DNA from: a virus
Strand: one strand, 5' to 3'
IMG/VR virus record: IMGVR_UViG_3300028901_000317
Span: 10,155-74,154 of that record
Length of the DNA: 64,000 bases
Of the stretch, positions 9,452-18,345 are shown piece after piece. Position numbers and translations under genes: made by a program. How positions within the stretch are numbered: the stretch's first letter is position 1; each line of letters begins with the position of its first letter. The notes beneath the pieces are model-generated. The model was given only the letters and a program-made list of their open reading frames with translations. It had not been told where the DNA came from and ran no database searches.

Positions 9452-9728
9452 AATCCCGCGTCGGCCGCCGGCCACCGTGACGTCGGCGGGAAGGCAAGCA
9501 AGCCGCCCTCCCGGCAGACACGGAGTCGGCGCCGACGTGAGCGCAACTGGCCTCCATGGAAAGACTGGTCCGAACACCGGGCCGCGCACCCCACGGTGAT
9601 TGGGCGCGGCGGGACAGACGAGTCCCGCCCGCCCAGTCCCCGAGGATGGTTCAAGCGGCGGCTGGTGGGCCCTGATCCAGAGTCTTTGGCACTCGCACGT
9701 CCGTGATGAACCAGAAAGAGGTGGCCCC
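9452..9728 (+). other. Conserved structured non-coding spacer, copy A
   Basis: Aligns with 56941-57223 despite frame-breaking indels; long hairpin at 9598-9638. Confidence 0.55.
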
Positions 9729-10388
9729 TTGGCTACCCCACCCCGCGATACCCAGTCATCTGAGCCGGATTGTCGCCCTCCAGCGAAGTCTGGCAAGAAA
9801 GCCCGGTCCGGCAAGAAGGCCAAGCCTCGGAGCGAGGTGCCTGTTGTTCAATTGGCGCGAGATATCGCCAACGGCGTGATCCGTGGCGAGTTGCTCCATC
9901 CTGACGATCGACTGCGGGTCGTCGACCTCTACAGGACGATGGGATACAGCCGCTATCAGATGGCGCAGCAACTTGGCATCACAGAACGGACCGTCTACCG
10001 CGATTTGGACTTGCTGACGTCGCAAGGTCGCATCCAAATGGATGTTGAGACCATCCCCAAGCAGATCGGGGAAGGCTTCCGTGCATTTGACCTGGTCACC
10101 GAACAGCTGACCGCCATGGTGCACAGCAAGGACACGCCCCAGCAACTGAAAATTAAAGCGTTGACGGAGCTCCGCGAGACCGGAGAGGCCCGTATCGCGG
10201 CGGCCATCGAGACGAGTCGCTACATCGTGCCGCCAAAGCAAACCGACGCCGTTGAGACCACGGATGGGTCGGTCAGTCCGCGCGACCTGCTCGCCGAAGC
10301 GGTCCGCATCTGCAACATCGTCGACCTGGGTGCCTCGCGACCGCAGCTTGGAACATCCGCAAAGCCAGAGGATGAAACTGCCCAATGA
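9729..10388 (+). CDS. HTH protein, putative terminase small subunit, copy A
   Basis: HTH motif YSRYQMAQQLGITERTVYRDLD; ATGA overlap with the terminase gene; likely TTG start after a GAGGT RBS conserved in both copies. Confidence 0.6.
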   Translation: MATPPRDTQSSEPDCRPPAKSGKKARSGKKAKPRSEVPVVQLARDIANGVIRGELLHPDDRLRVVDLYRTMGYSRYQMAQQLGITERTVYRDLDLLTSQGRIQMDVETIPKQIGEGFRAFDLVTEQLTAMVHSKDTPQQLKIKALTELRETGEARIAAAIETSRYIVPPKQTDAVETTDGSVSPRDLLAEAVRICNIVDLGASRPQLGTSAKPEDETAQ

Positions 10389-12121
10389 CTCCTTCTCCCG
10401 CCACCCTGGTAACCTTGGAACGGTCGATTCGCGCCGTGCGACGCATGAACGCGGCGCGGTCACCGTGGCACTTTGCCAAGGTGTACCTCCCCCACCATCT
10501 CAACCACGACTTTGGCCGTATGCACCTGGAAGTGCTGGACCTGTTGACGGGCACCACCAAGTCCCGTGGCGGTCGCATCGCGATCGCAGCACCGCGTGGC
10601 CACGCCAAGAGCACGCTGGTGTCACTCGCGTACGTGTTGTGGTGTCTGCTCTACGGCCACGAACGCTTCGTCGTGCTCATCTCGGCAACCAAAGAACTCG
10701 CGGCATCGCACTTGGCGTCGGTCCGCCGCGAACTGGAAGAGAATGTGCTCTTGCAAGAGGACTTCCCGGCCCTTGCACCAGCCATCCGCAGGCGTCGCCG
10801 CGGCAAGTGGCGTGCGTCGGACATCGAACTCCCCCTGATGGACCCGCGGACGGGTCAAGCAGTTTCGGTGCTGGACCGACAATCAAGGTCGCGAGCAACG
10901 TCGCCAGCAAGGTCGCCAGCAACGTCGCCAGCAAGGTCGCCAGCAACGTCGCCCGATCGCGAGCCAGTTGAGGTCGCCAGTGTGAACCTTCGCGCGTACG
11001 GCGCTGGCCAACGCATCCGCGGCGTCCGCAATGGTCCCGTCCGCCCCAGCCTGATCATTGTCGATGACCTGGAGAGCCAAGAACACGTCCAGCACGAGGA
11101 CAATCGGCGGAAGCTGCGCGATTGGTTTGATCGCACTCTGCTCAAGCTCGGCCAGCCCGATACCAACGTCATTGTCGTCGGCACCGTCCTCCACCGCGAC
11201 AGCCTCTTGGCCAACCTCGTGGGCGTGGGCTCGTCCGATGCGCGGCCCGCTCCCGGCTGGACCGCCCGGGTCTACAAGGCGATCAAATCTTGGAGTATCC
11301 GTCCAGAACTGTGGAAACAGTGGCAGAGTGTGTACTCCGGGCTGGAACTCAAAGATCCGAGCGAGGGCCCTGCCCGAGCTGAGGCATTCTTTCAAGCAAA
11401 CCGGGAGGCCATGCTCGAAGGAACGCGAGTGTTGTGGCCGACACGAGAGAGCTATGAGCAGCTCATGATCGAGCGGTTTCGCGAGGGTGAGTCGGCGTTC
11501 GCCGCCGAGAAGCTCAATGAGCCGATCGACCCGCAACTGTGCCTGTTTGCCAAGTGTGATCTGCGCTACTGGGATGACACGTATCCCGATGTCGCTGCGC
11601 TGCTGGGATCACAGCCGGGGCCCTGGCGTCTCTATGGTGCATGCGATCCGAGCCTCGGCAAAGCCGATGGCGACGACAGCGCGGTGGTGTGCGTACTGGA
11701 ACATCCCCGGACGCGGATGCTTTACGTGACCGCGGCCGAAATCGGCAAGCGCAATCCCAGTGAGCTCGTCGCGCTGATCCTGAACGTGATGCCCGGGTAC
11801 AACTTCCAGGATTTTGGTGTGGAGGTGAACCAGTTCCAGGAGCTGCTCGCGACTCAGCTTGAACAGGCGGCCGAGCGCCAGCGGCCCAACCTGCCAATCA
11901 AGCGAATCCAAAGTCGCGGCGACAAGGTGGCCCGCATCAAAGGCCTTGAGCCGCTCGTCGCCTCGGGCCGGATTCAGTTCTCACGGCGGCACACGAAACT
12001 GGTCGAGCAGTTGCGGTCGTTTCCCACCGCCCGACACGATGATGGGCCCGACGCACTGGAGATGGCAGTGTCGCTCACGCTCGGGTACAGCGGGCCGATG
12101 ACGGTGAGAGGAGTAGTGTGA
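10385..12121 (+). CDS. terL: Phage-type terminase large subunit, copy A
   Basis: Walker A variant APRGHAKST, Walker B LIIVDD, VIVVGT coupling motif, nuclease domain GACDPS...DDSA...EVNQ...HDDGPDA. Confidence 0.85.
   Translation: MTPSPATLVTLERSIRAVRRMNAARSPWHFAKVYLPHHLNHDFGRMHLEVLDLLTGTTKSRGGRIAIAAPRGHAKSTLVSLAYVLWCLLYGHERFVVLISATKELAASHLASVRRELEENVLLQEDFPALAPAIRRRRRGKWRASDIELPLMDPRTGQAVSVLDRQSRSRATSPARSPATSPARSPATSPDREPVEVASVNLRAYGAGQRIRGVRNGPVRPSLIIVDDLESQEHVQHEDNRRKLRDWFDRTLLKLGQPDTNVIVVGTVLHRDSLLANLVGVGSSDARPAPGWTARVYKAIKSWSIRPELWKQWQSVYSGLELKDPSEGPARAEAFFQANREAMLEGTRVLWPTRESYEQLMIERFREGESAFAAEKLNEPIDPQLCLFAKCDLRYWDDTYPDVAALLGSQPGPWRLYGACDPSLGKADGDDSAVVCVLEHPRTRMLYVTAAEIGKRNPSELVALILNVMPGYNFQDFGVEVNQFQELLATQLEQAAERQRPNLPIKRIQSRGDKVARIKGLEPLVASGRIQFSRRHTKLVEQLRSFPTARHDDGPDALEMAVSLTLGYSGPMTVRGVV
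10885..10956 (+). repeat. 12-bp tandem repeat x6 (AA[G/C]GTCGCCAGC) inside terL
   Basis: Encodes SRATSPARSPATSPARSPATSP; shorter and degenerate in copy B. Confidence 0.9.
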
Positions 12122-12419
12122 ATGGTCAGAGGTCATTGATCGACCTCAGATACCTGGCGCTTCACCTCCGCATGCATGCGTCAACGCTCGCCGAATTCAC
12201 TCAGGTTGCTGAAACCGCGTCAGACTCGCGGGATGGTTCCGTCTGACAGGGGCGACCCATCGTGCTTCAAACTTCAGGTACGACGGCTCCGACTGTGGCT
12301 GTCGCGTCCCAGACCTTTGTGTTGACCGTCACACTCGTTTAGACTTGCCACCCAAGCTCGCCCGCCTTTGCGTGATCGAACGCGTAGCCAAACGGGCTTG
12401 AAGCGGAGGGTCAATCGCG

Positions 12420-13496
12420 ATGCAACGGGAATGGTGGGCTCAGGAACCTTGGTGGGATGACCCAAAGACAGCACAAATGCTCGGTTGCAGCTTGACGGAC
12501 CTTCGGATCGCGGCTGATCACATGATGCAGCACTTTGGACGCGATTGGTGGTCGACGATCAAGGTGCGGCATCGCCCTCACCCCCTGGCTCAATCTTTGT
12601 TAGCACGAGGATGGGTCGCCGCTCACGCCATCTGGTCGGTGGGTTGGCAGGTCCACCAGCTCAATGGCTGCGAAGGATTCGCGTCAAAGCTCCGCGAGCT
12701 GAAAGAGGGCGATAAGGCCGAAAGTATTCGCTTCGAAATGCACGTTGCAGAACTGCTTGTACGGCGCGGTTACCACGTCACATTTCCGCGTGAGCAAGCG
12801 GTCAAGACGCCGGACATTCTGGCCAGTCGAAACGATCGCGTCGTCGCGGTCGAGTGCAAAAAGCTTGGGAAGAGCGATGTTGATCAGTGGGCACGGGGAT
12901 TGATGAGCCTCGCCTCACTCGACCTTCCACATCACGGCAATCCGGATCTCGACATTGAGCTTGCGGATGATCTCACGTTTCTAAGAATGGACAAGCCTAG
13001 ATGGAATGACGAGCTTTTGACAGCACTCCACGACCAGATGCGATCGTCGCTACAAACGGCGCTTGAACGATTGACTCCCCCCTGTCAAATCTCGATCCAC
13101 GGCATCGCACGGGTTTCGATCAAGCCGAGCAAAACCGGAATGGGCTCTGTGTCGGGCGGACCGCAATGGCCAGCGGCTGATCTTCGTCGCGTTGTGGAAT
13201 ACGTGTTCAAGTCGTGCGAAAAGTTCTCAACAGAAACACCTGGAGTCTTGGCGTTTCAATGCGAGCTCTCGCCTGGTGCCGCGTTGCTCAAGGCAGTTAC
13301 CACAGCAATCGAACGCTCAGCCGATCCATCCGAGTTCATCGATCGACTCGGGGGAATCGTAATGGTTCCTTTGATGCCCGCCGGCCCGTGGGGAAAGCCG
13401 GTCGCGAGCGAATGCTCAGGCCACGCGTCAAATCCACTTGTCGGGGATGTGCTCGGCGCTCTGACAGACGTGAATGCCCACCGCAGTTTGGAGTGA
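12420..13496 (+). CDS. Hypothetical protein with PD-(D/E)XK nuclease-like motif, copy A
   Basis: FEMHVAELL...KTPDILAS...VAVECKK; close paralog at 59743-60798. Confidence 0.65.
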   Translation: MQREWWAQEPWWDDPKTAQMLGCSLTDLRIAADHMMQHFGRDWWSTIKVRHRPHPLAQSLLARGWVAAHAIWSVGWQVHQLNGCEGFASKLRELKEGDKAESIRFEMHVAELLVRRGYHVTFPREQAVKTPDILASRNDRVVAVECKKLGKSDVDQWARGLMSLASLDLPHHGNPDLDIELADDLTFLRMDKPRWNDELLTALHDQMRSSLQTALERLTPPCQISIHGIARVSIKPSKTGMGSVSGGPQWPAADLRRVVEYVFKSCEKFSTETPGVLAFQCELSPGAALLKAVTTAIERSADPSEFIDRLGGIVMVPLMPAGPWGKPVASECSGHASNPLVGDVLGALTDVNAHRSLE

Positions 13497-13513
13497 GGAG
13501 TCGCGCGTCCACG

Positions 13514-14257
13514 TCATCGGCTACGTGATTCGGATTCCCCGGGCTCAAGACCGGTGGTGGGTCGATCCGAACGGACCAGCATTTGACGAGCCCAATCGCG
13601 CCATCGCTCGGTGTCACCTCGGAATGCAATCGTCTGCAGAGCCTCCATCGACTTGGCATCCTTCTTACCCACTTTGCACTGCAGTCGTGTCAGTGCCTGA
13701 ATCGTCTGGATGTGCTCAGGACTCACTTCAAGGGCAGTGCGATACGTGCCGATCGCTTCGTCAATGTGTCCGGCTCGCTCCAGCGTGAGCGCGAGATTCA
13801 TCCGCGGATCGGGGTTCCCCGCCATGAGCTTGCGTGCCCATTCAAACTCCCCCGCTGCTTCATAGAGCATCCCGCGATTGAGGAAGACGACACCCAGGTT
13901 GTTGTGCGCCGGACCGTGGTACAGATCTGCCGAGAGCGCGTCGCGCAGCAATCGCTCGGCCTTGGCATCGTCAATGCCGATCAGATCGGCAGCCTCGCGT
14001 GTGAGTTTTTCGGCTTGGAGCGGACTGCGTTCCTGCTCCTTCATTTCTGCGTAGGGTCCGCGTACTGACGAGGCGCACCCGGCCATCCCGAGCGGCCCCG
14101 CGCCTGCGAACAGAGCACCAGTTGCAACTACAAGTGCCCACCACCAATCGGCGCCCCCGCACACCATGCGCACGACGGACCGCACAGCCTGAATCGCCGT
14201 CCCAAGCGGTTGGCTTTGCCGCGATCCACCCGGTGAACTGGTCTTCAAAGTTTTCAT
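13514..14257 (-). CDS. TPR lipoprotein, pilotin-like (PilF/PilW type), copy A
   Basis: Lipobox-like LGMAGC; TPRs HGPAHNNLGV, PRMNLALTL. Start trimmed to MKTLK because the longer ORF overlaps the upstream gene. Confidence 0.75.
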   Translation of the reverse strand: MKTLKTSSPGGSRQSQPLGTAIQAVRSVVRMVCGGADWWWALVVATGALFAGAGPLGMAGCASSVRGPYAEMKEQERSPLQAEKLTREAADLIGIDDAKAERLLRDALSADLYHGPAHNNLGVVFLNRGMLYEAAGEFEWARKLMAGNPDPRMNLALTLERAGHIDEAIGTYRTALEVSPEHIQTIQALTRLQCKVGKKDAKSMEALQTIAFRGDTERWRDWARQMLVRSDRPTTGLEPGESESRSR

Positions 14258-14334
14258 GGCACTTTGCTTTGGTTTGAGCAGTTTGGCGAACCCAGAATAG
14301 CAGGACGTGACGACCCCGCGAGCGTGTGTTCCGA

Positions 14335-14952
14335 TCACCGCAGCTCTGCCGATGCACGACCTCCCGTAGCGGGCACCGGTGGTGAAGCGGCGCTTCCCAC
14401 ATCGATGCCGCCGCGCGGCCGAGTGTCTACAAAGGATGTCATCGAACAACTGACGCGATACCCGCGCGAGCGATCCATGGGAGATGCGGTCCGGGTCAGG
14501 TCGAGCCGCGAGATGGTCCACAGCGGCTCACGCTCGCGCCACGCCGCCAGAAAGCGTCCCAGCTCGTGGGGCTCAAGGCCATCAAGGGTGATACGAAACC
14601 CACGCCGCACGTACCCGCTGGGCGTAGAACTCTCCGCATCTGCGACCGTGTCCCGCAACACGCTGGAATTCAGTCCGGCCCTCTGGAGCACCGCCGTCAC
14701 CAGTGTTGACGCGTCCAGGCGCGCGTGAGCATCGTCGCTCCCTTGCGCAACGGGCGCGAGTTCGGCCAGCCTTGCGTACGCCGCCGCCGTGGTTGCCACC
14801 TGCACGCAGGATTCGGCTGCTTCGCCCCGGCGTCCAGAAGCGTCGGACGCCAGCGCCCAGCCTCGCCACAACAGCGCCAGCATCACGCCGCAGGCAACCA
14901 TGCTCAATGGCACCGAATTCGAGAGTGCTCCAAGGCGCCAGAATCGCGTCAT
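14335..14952 (-). CDS. GspM/PilO-like inner-membrane protein, copy A
   Basis: N-terminal TM followed by a ferredoxin-like segment (GFRITLDGLEPHELGRFLAAW...ISRLDL); position in the operon. Confidence 0.6.
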   Translation of the reverse strand: MTRFWRLGALSNSVPLSMVACGVMLALLWRGWALASDASGRRGEAAESCVQVATTAAAYARLAELAPVAQGSDDAHARLDASTLVTAVLQRAGLNSSVLRDTVADAESSTPSGYVRRGFRITLDGLEPHELGRFLAAWREREPLWTISRLDLTRTASPMDRSRGYRVSCSMTSFVDTRPRGGIDVGSAASPPVPATGGRASAELR

Positions 14953-16025
14953 TGGCCACCTCCGGGTTGCCCAGCCGACTGTGCACGTGAAATCGCGCCA
15001 AGCGTCGCGGCCCCTCGTCCCTGTCCCGGCGTCGGCACCGCAGCACGCGACGCTGCGGCTTTGGGTTGGGCCGGTGTGTCGCGATCGATACGCACAAGGG
15101 TGGTCCGCACCGTCGCCCGGTCGCCGGCCATCGAGATCTGCGGCTGCTCAAGTGACCATCCCGGCACCGTCCGCAGCGCCTCGGTCAGCTTTGACGCGTC
15201 ATCGAGCGCGCCCACAGATCCAACCAGCCGCACGCTCGACTCGCCCACGGAAAGCGATTCGATGCGCGTTTCCACCGTCCGGGGCCAGGCACGCAGCACA
15301 TCCTGGAGCGACAGTCCCGCATCCTCGGGACGCTGAGCGCGGATCCCATCGCCCCGCTCGCGAAGCAACGCCGAGTATGCCAAGGCAAGCCGCGCCGGCG
15401 AATCCGTGGACGACCCCGCCTGAGACAGTTGTTTCTCGAATCGCCCGGGCATGAGGGACTCGGCAGGATGCAGGTCCAGGGCCTGCCTCGCGATCTGATC
15501 CTGAGCTTCGAGAAGTCGGACACGCGCTTGAGCCCCCGACCACGCTCGCACGTGGAATCCAACCGCCGCCAGGCCCAGCACCACCGCGGCACACCACAGG
15601 CCCGCCGCGGTCACCGCCGATCGCGCCCGGCGAACAATCCGAGGCTCGTAGATCCCGTGCAACAGATTCAGTTGGCCGATCACCCCAGGCGGCACCATCT
15701 CACGCAGATGCGATGGTGCCGACGCGGGCCCAAGCGTCTGCGCCTGAACATCCAGTGTGTCGAGATCGGCGCACAGCGCGACGCATGCGAGCGAGCCAAG
15801 GCCCGGCACCTCCACCAGCGTCGTGTGGTAGAGCGTCGAGTCGATGGGGATCGCTTCGGAAATCTGCTCGGCCAAGTCTGCGGCGAGCGGCCCGCGCTCC
15901 CGCCGTGGCGCCCCGGGAAGCCCGACATCACGGTCTGGGATCAAAACCCAGTAGAAGCGCTCCGCAGGCCAGCGCAGATAGATCTGGCCATCGTTCATCG
16001 AGTGACCATCACGCGGAGCGCTCAT
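14949..16025 (-). CDS. GspL/PilN-like protein, copy A
   Basis: Central TM; PilN-like IESLSVGESSVRLVGSV...LTEAL...WSLEQPQI; overlapping starts and stops with neighbours. Confidence 0.62.
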   Translation of the reverse strand: MSAPRDGHSMNDGQIYLRWPAERFYWVLIPDRDVGLPGAPRRERGPLAADLAEQISEAIPIDSTLYHTTLVEVPGLGSLACVALCADLDTLDVQAQTLGPASAPSHLREMVPPGVIGQLNLLHGIYEPRIVRRARSAVTAAGLWCAAVVLGLAAVGFHVRAWSGAQARVRLLEAQDQIARQALDLHPAESLMPGRFEKQLSQAGSSTDSPARLALAYSALLRERGDGIRAQRPEDAGLSLQDVLRAWPRTVETRIESLSVGESSVRLVGSVGALDDASKLTEALRTVPGWSLEQPQISMAGDRATVRTTLVRIDRDTPAQPKAAASRAAVPTPGQGRGAATLGAISRAQSAGQPGGGQ

Positions 16026-16615
16026 CGGGTGTCACCTCCGCCAAGCGACCCGAAAGCGGCTCCAGCAGACGAAGGTTCACGGAGAGTGAGACGCTCGACA
16101 CGAGTTCCGTCGACAAACTCGATGTTCTCCCGCGTCAGTCGGCGGATCAGGAACGGCTTGACCGTGTCACCCTGGGCAACGAGCAGCACTCGGTCGGTCT
16201 CGGGGTCGTACAGACAGGCTCGCAGCGGCGAGTCCGCGGTCCCGTCGCCTGCAATTCCAAGAAGCTGCAGCTTGAACGGGGGCGGAGGCGGTGGCGGAGG
16301 GACGGCGACAACCGCATTCTTGAGCGGTGGCGGGGTCCAGAGCGCGACCTGGAACGCCTCGGCATCCAGCGTAGCTGGCGGCCGCGGATCAGTGGCCGAG
16401 CGTGCTCTTGGCCCCGGGTTCTCCCGCGCTGCGCCCGCTGATGGCACACCCGCCGCGTAAACATCGTCATACTGAGGAGCGATGAGCGGCCACACGACCC
16501 AGAACGTTGCGACGAGCGCGACCGCAGCGCCCGCGATCAGCACGCGCCGCCGCCGCCGCTGCAAAAGCGAGAGCGGATCGTTGAGCGGGCTGATGATGGT
16601 TTCAGACGATGTCAA
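16022..16615 (-). CDS. GspC/PilP-like protein, copy A
   Basis: TM, polyproline linker, LQLLGI...ACLYD...VAQGDTV beta-domain. Confidence 0.6.
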   Translation of the reverse strand: MTSSETIISPLNDPLSLLQRRRRRVLIAGAAVALVATFWVVWPLIAPQYDDVYAAGVPSAGAARENPGPRARSATDPRPPATLDAEAFQVALWTPPPLKNAVVAVPPPPPPPPFKLQLLGIAGDGTADSPLRACLYDPETDRVLLVAQGDTVKPFLIRRLTRENIEFVDGTRVERLTLREPSSAGAAFGSLGGGDTR

Positions 16616-18336
16616 ACATCCTCCACACCGCTGATGACACGTTCGACTTCCAACGCCGTCGTCTGGCCCAGGTCGATCAAGCGACGCCCTTCGTCGAGCA
16701 GCGTCCTCATTCCAGCGGCTCGTGCCACGGTCTTAAGCTCGGCACCCGTGGCACCGCGCGTGAGCAAGGTCCGCAGCGCATCGTTGACGACGAGCAGCTC
16801 AAACACTCCGACGCGTCCCAGAAACCCCGAATGCAGACACTCGGCGCAGCCGCTCCCGGCGCACCTGGCGTGGACACGCCGCACCAGACGCTGCGCCAGC
16901 ACCGCCGACAGCGACGAGGCGACCAGGTACGACTCGACTCCCAGATCCACCAGCCGCGTGAGCGCCCCCGCCGCGTCGTTGGTGTGCAGCGTCGAGAGTA
17001 CCAGGTGTCCCGTGAGACTGGCCTGGATCGCGATCCGGGCAGTCTCCGTGTCGCGGATCTCCCCCACCATGACCACGTCAGGATCCTGGCGCAGGATGTG
17101 GCGCAGGCCCGACGCGAAGGTCACGCCTTTCTTGAGATTGACCTGCGACTGGCTCACAGCAAGTCCCGCGGTGGAGAGCTCGTACTCGATCGGGTCTTCC
17201 ACTGTCATGACGTTGAGCTCGCCCGCGACGCGGGCCATTGTTCCCGCGGCGCCTCGCGGGGAGCCGCCTTGGCCGAATGATCCGTCGCCCGCGACCCACC
17301 GCAGCGCGGCGTAGAGCGTGGTTGTTTTGCCCGAGCCCGTCGGACCAGTCACCAGCACGATGCCGCTGGAACGGTTGACGCGTTCGAGAAACCCCGACTG
17401 CACATCGGCCGGCATGCCCAGTGATGCAAAGTCTTTGAGATGCTCTCCCCGTGTGTTATCCAGCAGCCGCACTACTGCCCGCTCGCCGTAACTGGTCGGG
17501 ATCGTGGAGATCCGCAGGTCCACGGCTCGTCCCTCGCGCGGGGGTGCCGAGCCGCCCTCGCCCGCCGCTTGGCGCACTTCTGCCCCGCCGATAGAAACCG
17601 TCGCACGTCCGTCCTGTGGGGCGCCGCGTTCTGCGACGTCCATGCCGCCCATGACCTTGATCCGGCTCACCGCTGCAGTGGCTACAGAGGCGGGAAGCTC
17701 ACGCGCGGTTTGCAATACCCCGTCGACGCGGAAGCGGACGAGTGTCCGGTCCGCCAACGGCTGGATGTGCACGTCGCTCGCCGAGCGCGTGAGAGCCTCA
17801 AAGAGTAATCCGTCGACCAAACGCACCATCTCGGCCTTGCCCTGGGTGCGGAGCAAGTCACGCTCGCCCGCTCCCTCATCCGCGTCGGTGGACGCGAACT
17901 CGCTCGCCGCGGCGTCCTCGGGCCCGTAACAGCGATCGATCGCCTGGGCGATGTGTTCGGCCGGTGCGGGAACGAGCTTTATCTTTCTCCCGAGTCGCAC
18001 GCCCAGGTTGTGGAGGATGCAGCCGTCGATGTCGGCCGGGGCCGCGACCCACTCGATCGGGCGACCGGCAGAAGCATCGGAACGATCGAGCGCGCGGGCC
18101 CCATCCTCCCCGCGTCCACAGCTCAGCACCAGATAACGGCGTGCAAAGCGCCGCGGGATGAGCGAAAGAAACTCCGCCGACGGTGTGGCCGCCAGCACGT
18201 CGACCTCCGCAACGGTGATACCACCGTTTGGAAGTGCCGCGTCGGGGCTCAAGGTTGGATGCTCTGGGTCCACCGTGCACGTTCCTCTTGCGGACTGATC
18301 GCTTGCAGTCGCTCCGATCTGTCCGCTCCCCGCCAC
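16612..18336 (-). CDS. gspE: Type II secretion/type IV pilus ATPase (GspE/PilB)
   Basis: ASDVHI, RFRVDGVL, TGPTGSGKTTTLY, TVEDPIEY, LRQDPDVVMVGEIRD, TGHLVLSTLHTND. Confidence 0.95.
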   Translation of the reverse strand: MAGSGQIGATASDQSARGTCTVDPEHPTLSPDAALPNGGITVAEVDVLAATPSAEFLSLIPRRFARRYLVLSCGRGEDGARALDRSDASAGRPIEWVAAPADIDGCILHNLGVRLGRKIKLVPAPAEHIAQAIDRCYGPEDAAASEFASTDADEGAGERDLLRTQGKAEMVRLVDGLLFEALTRSASDVHIQPLADRTLVRFRVDGVLQTARELPASVATAAVSRIKVMGGMDVAERGAPQDGRATVSIGGAEVRQAAGEGGSAPPREGRAVDLRISTIPTSYGERAVVRLLDNTRGEHLKDFASLGMPADVQSGFLERVNRSSGIVLVTGPTGSGKTTTLYAALRWVAGDGSFGQGGSPRGAAGTMARVAGELNVMTVEDPIEYELSTAGLAVSQSQVNLKKGVTFASGLRHILRQDPDVVMVGEIRDTETARIAIQASLTGHLVLSTLHTNDAAGALTRLVDLGVESYLVASSLSAVLAQRLVRRVHARCAGSGCAECLHSGFLGRVGVFELLVVNDALRTLLTRGATGAELKTVARAAGMRTLLDEGRRLIDLGQTTALEVERVISGVEDV

Positions 18337-18345
18337 CCGATCCCA

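Noticed and set aside
9169-9654. Minus-strand ORF starting MNHPR in both copies (also 56658-57149)
   Set aside because: The copies fall out of frame within a few codons because of indels, so conservation is not protein-level.
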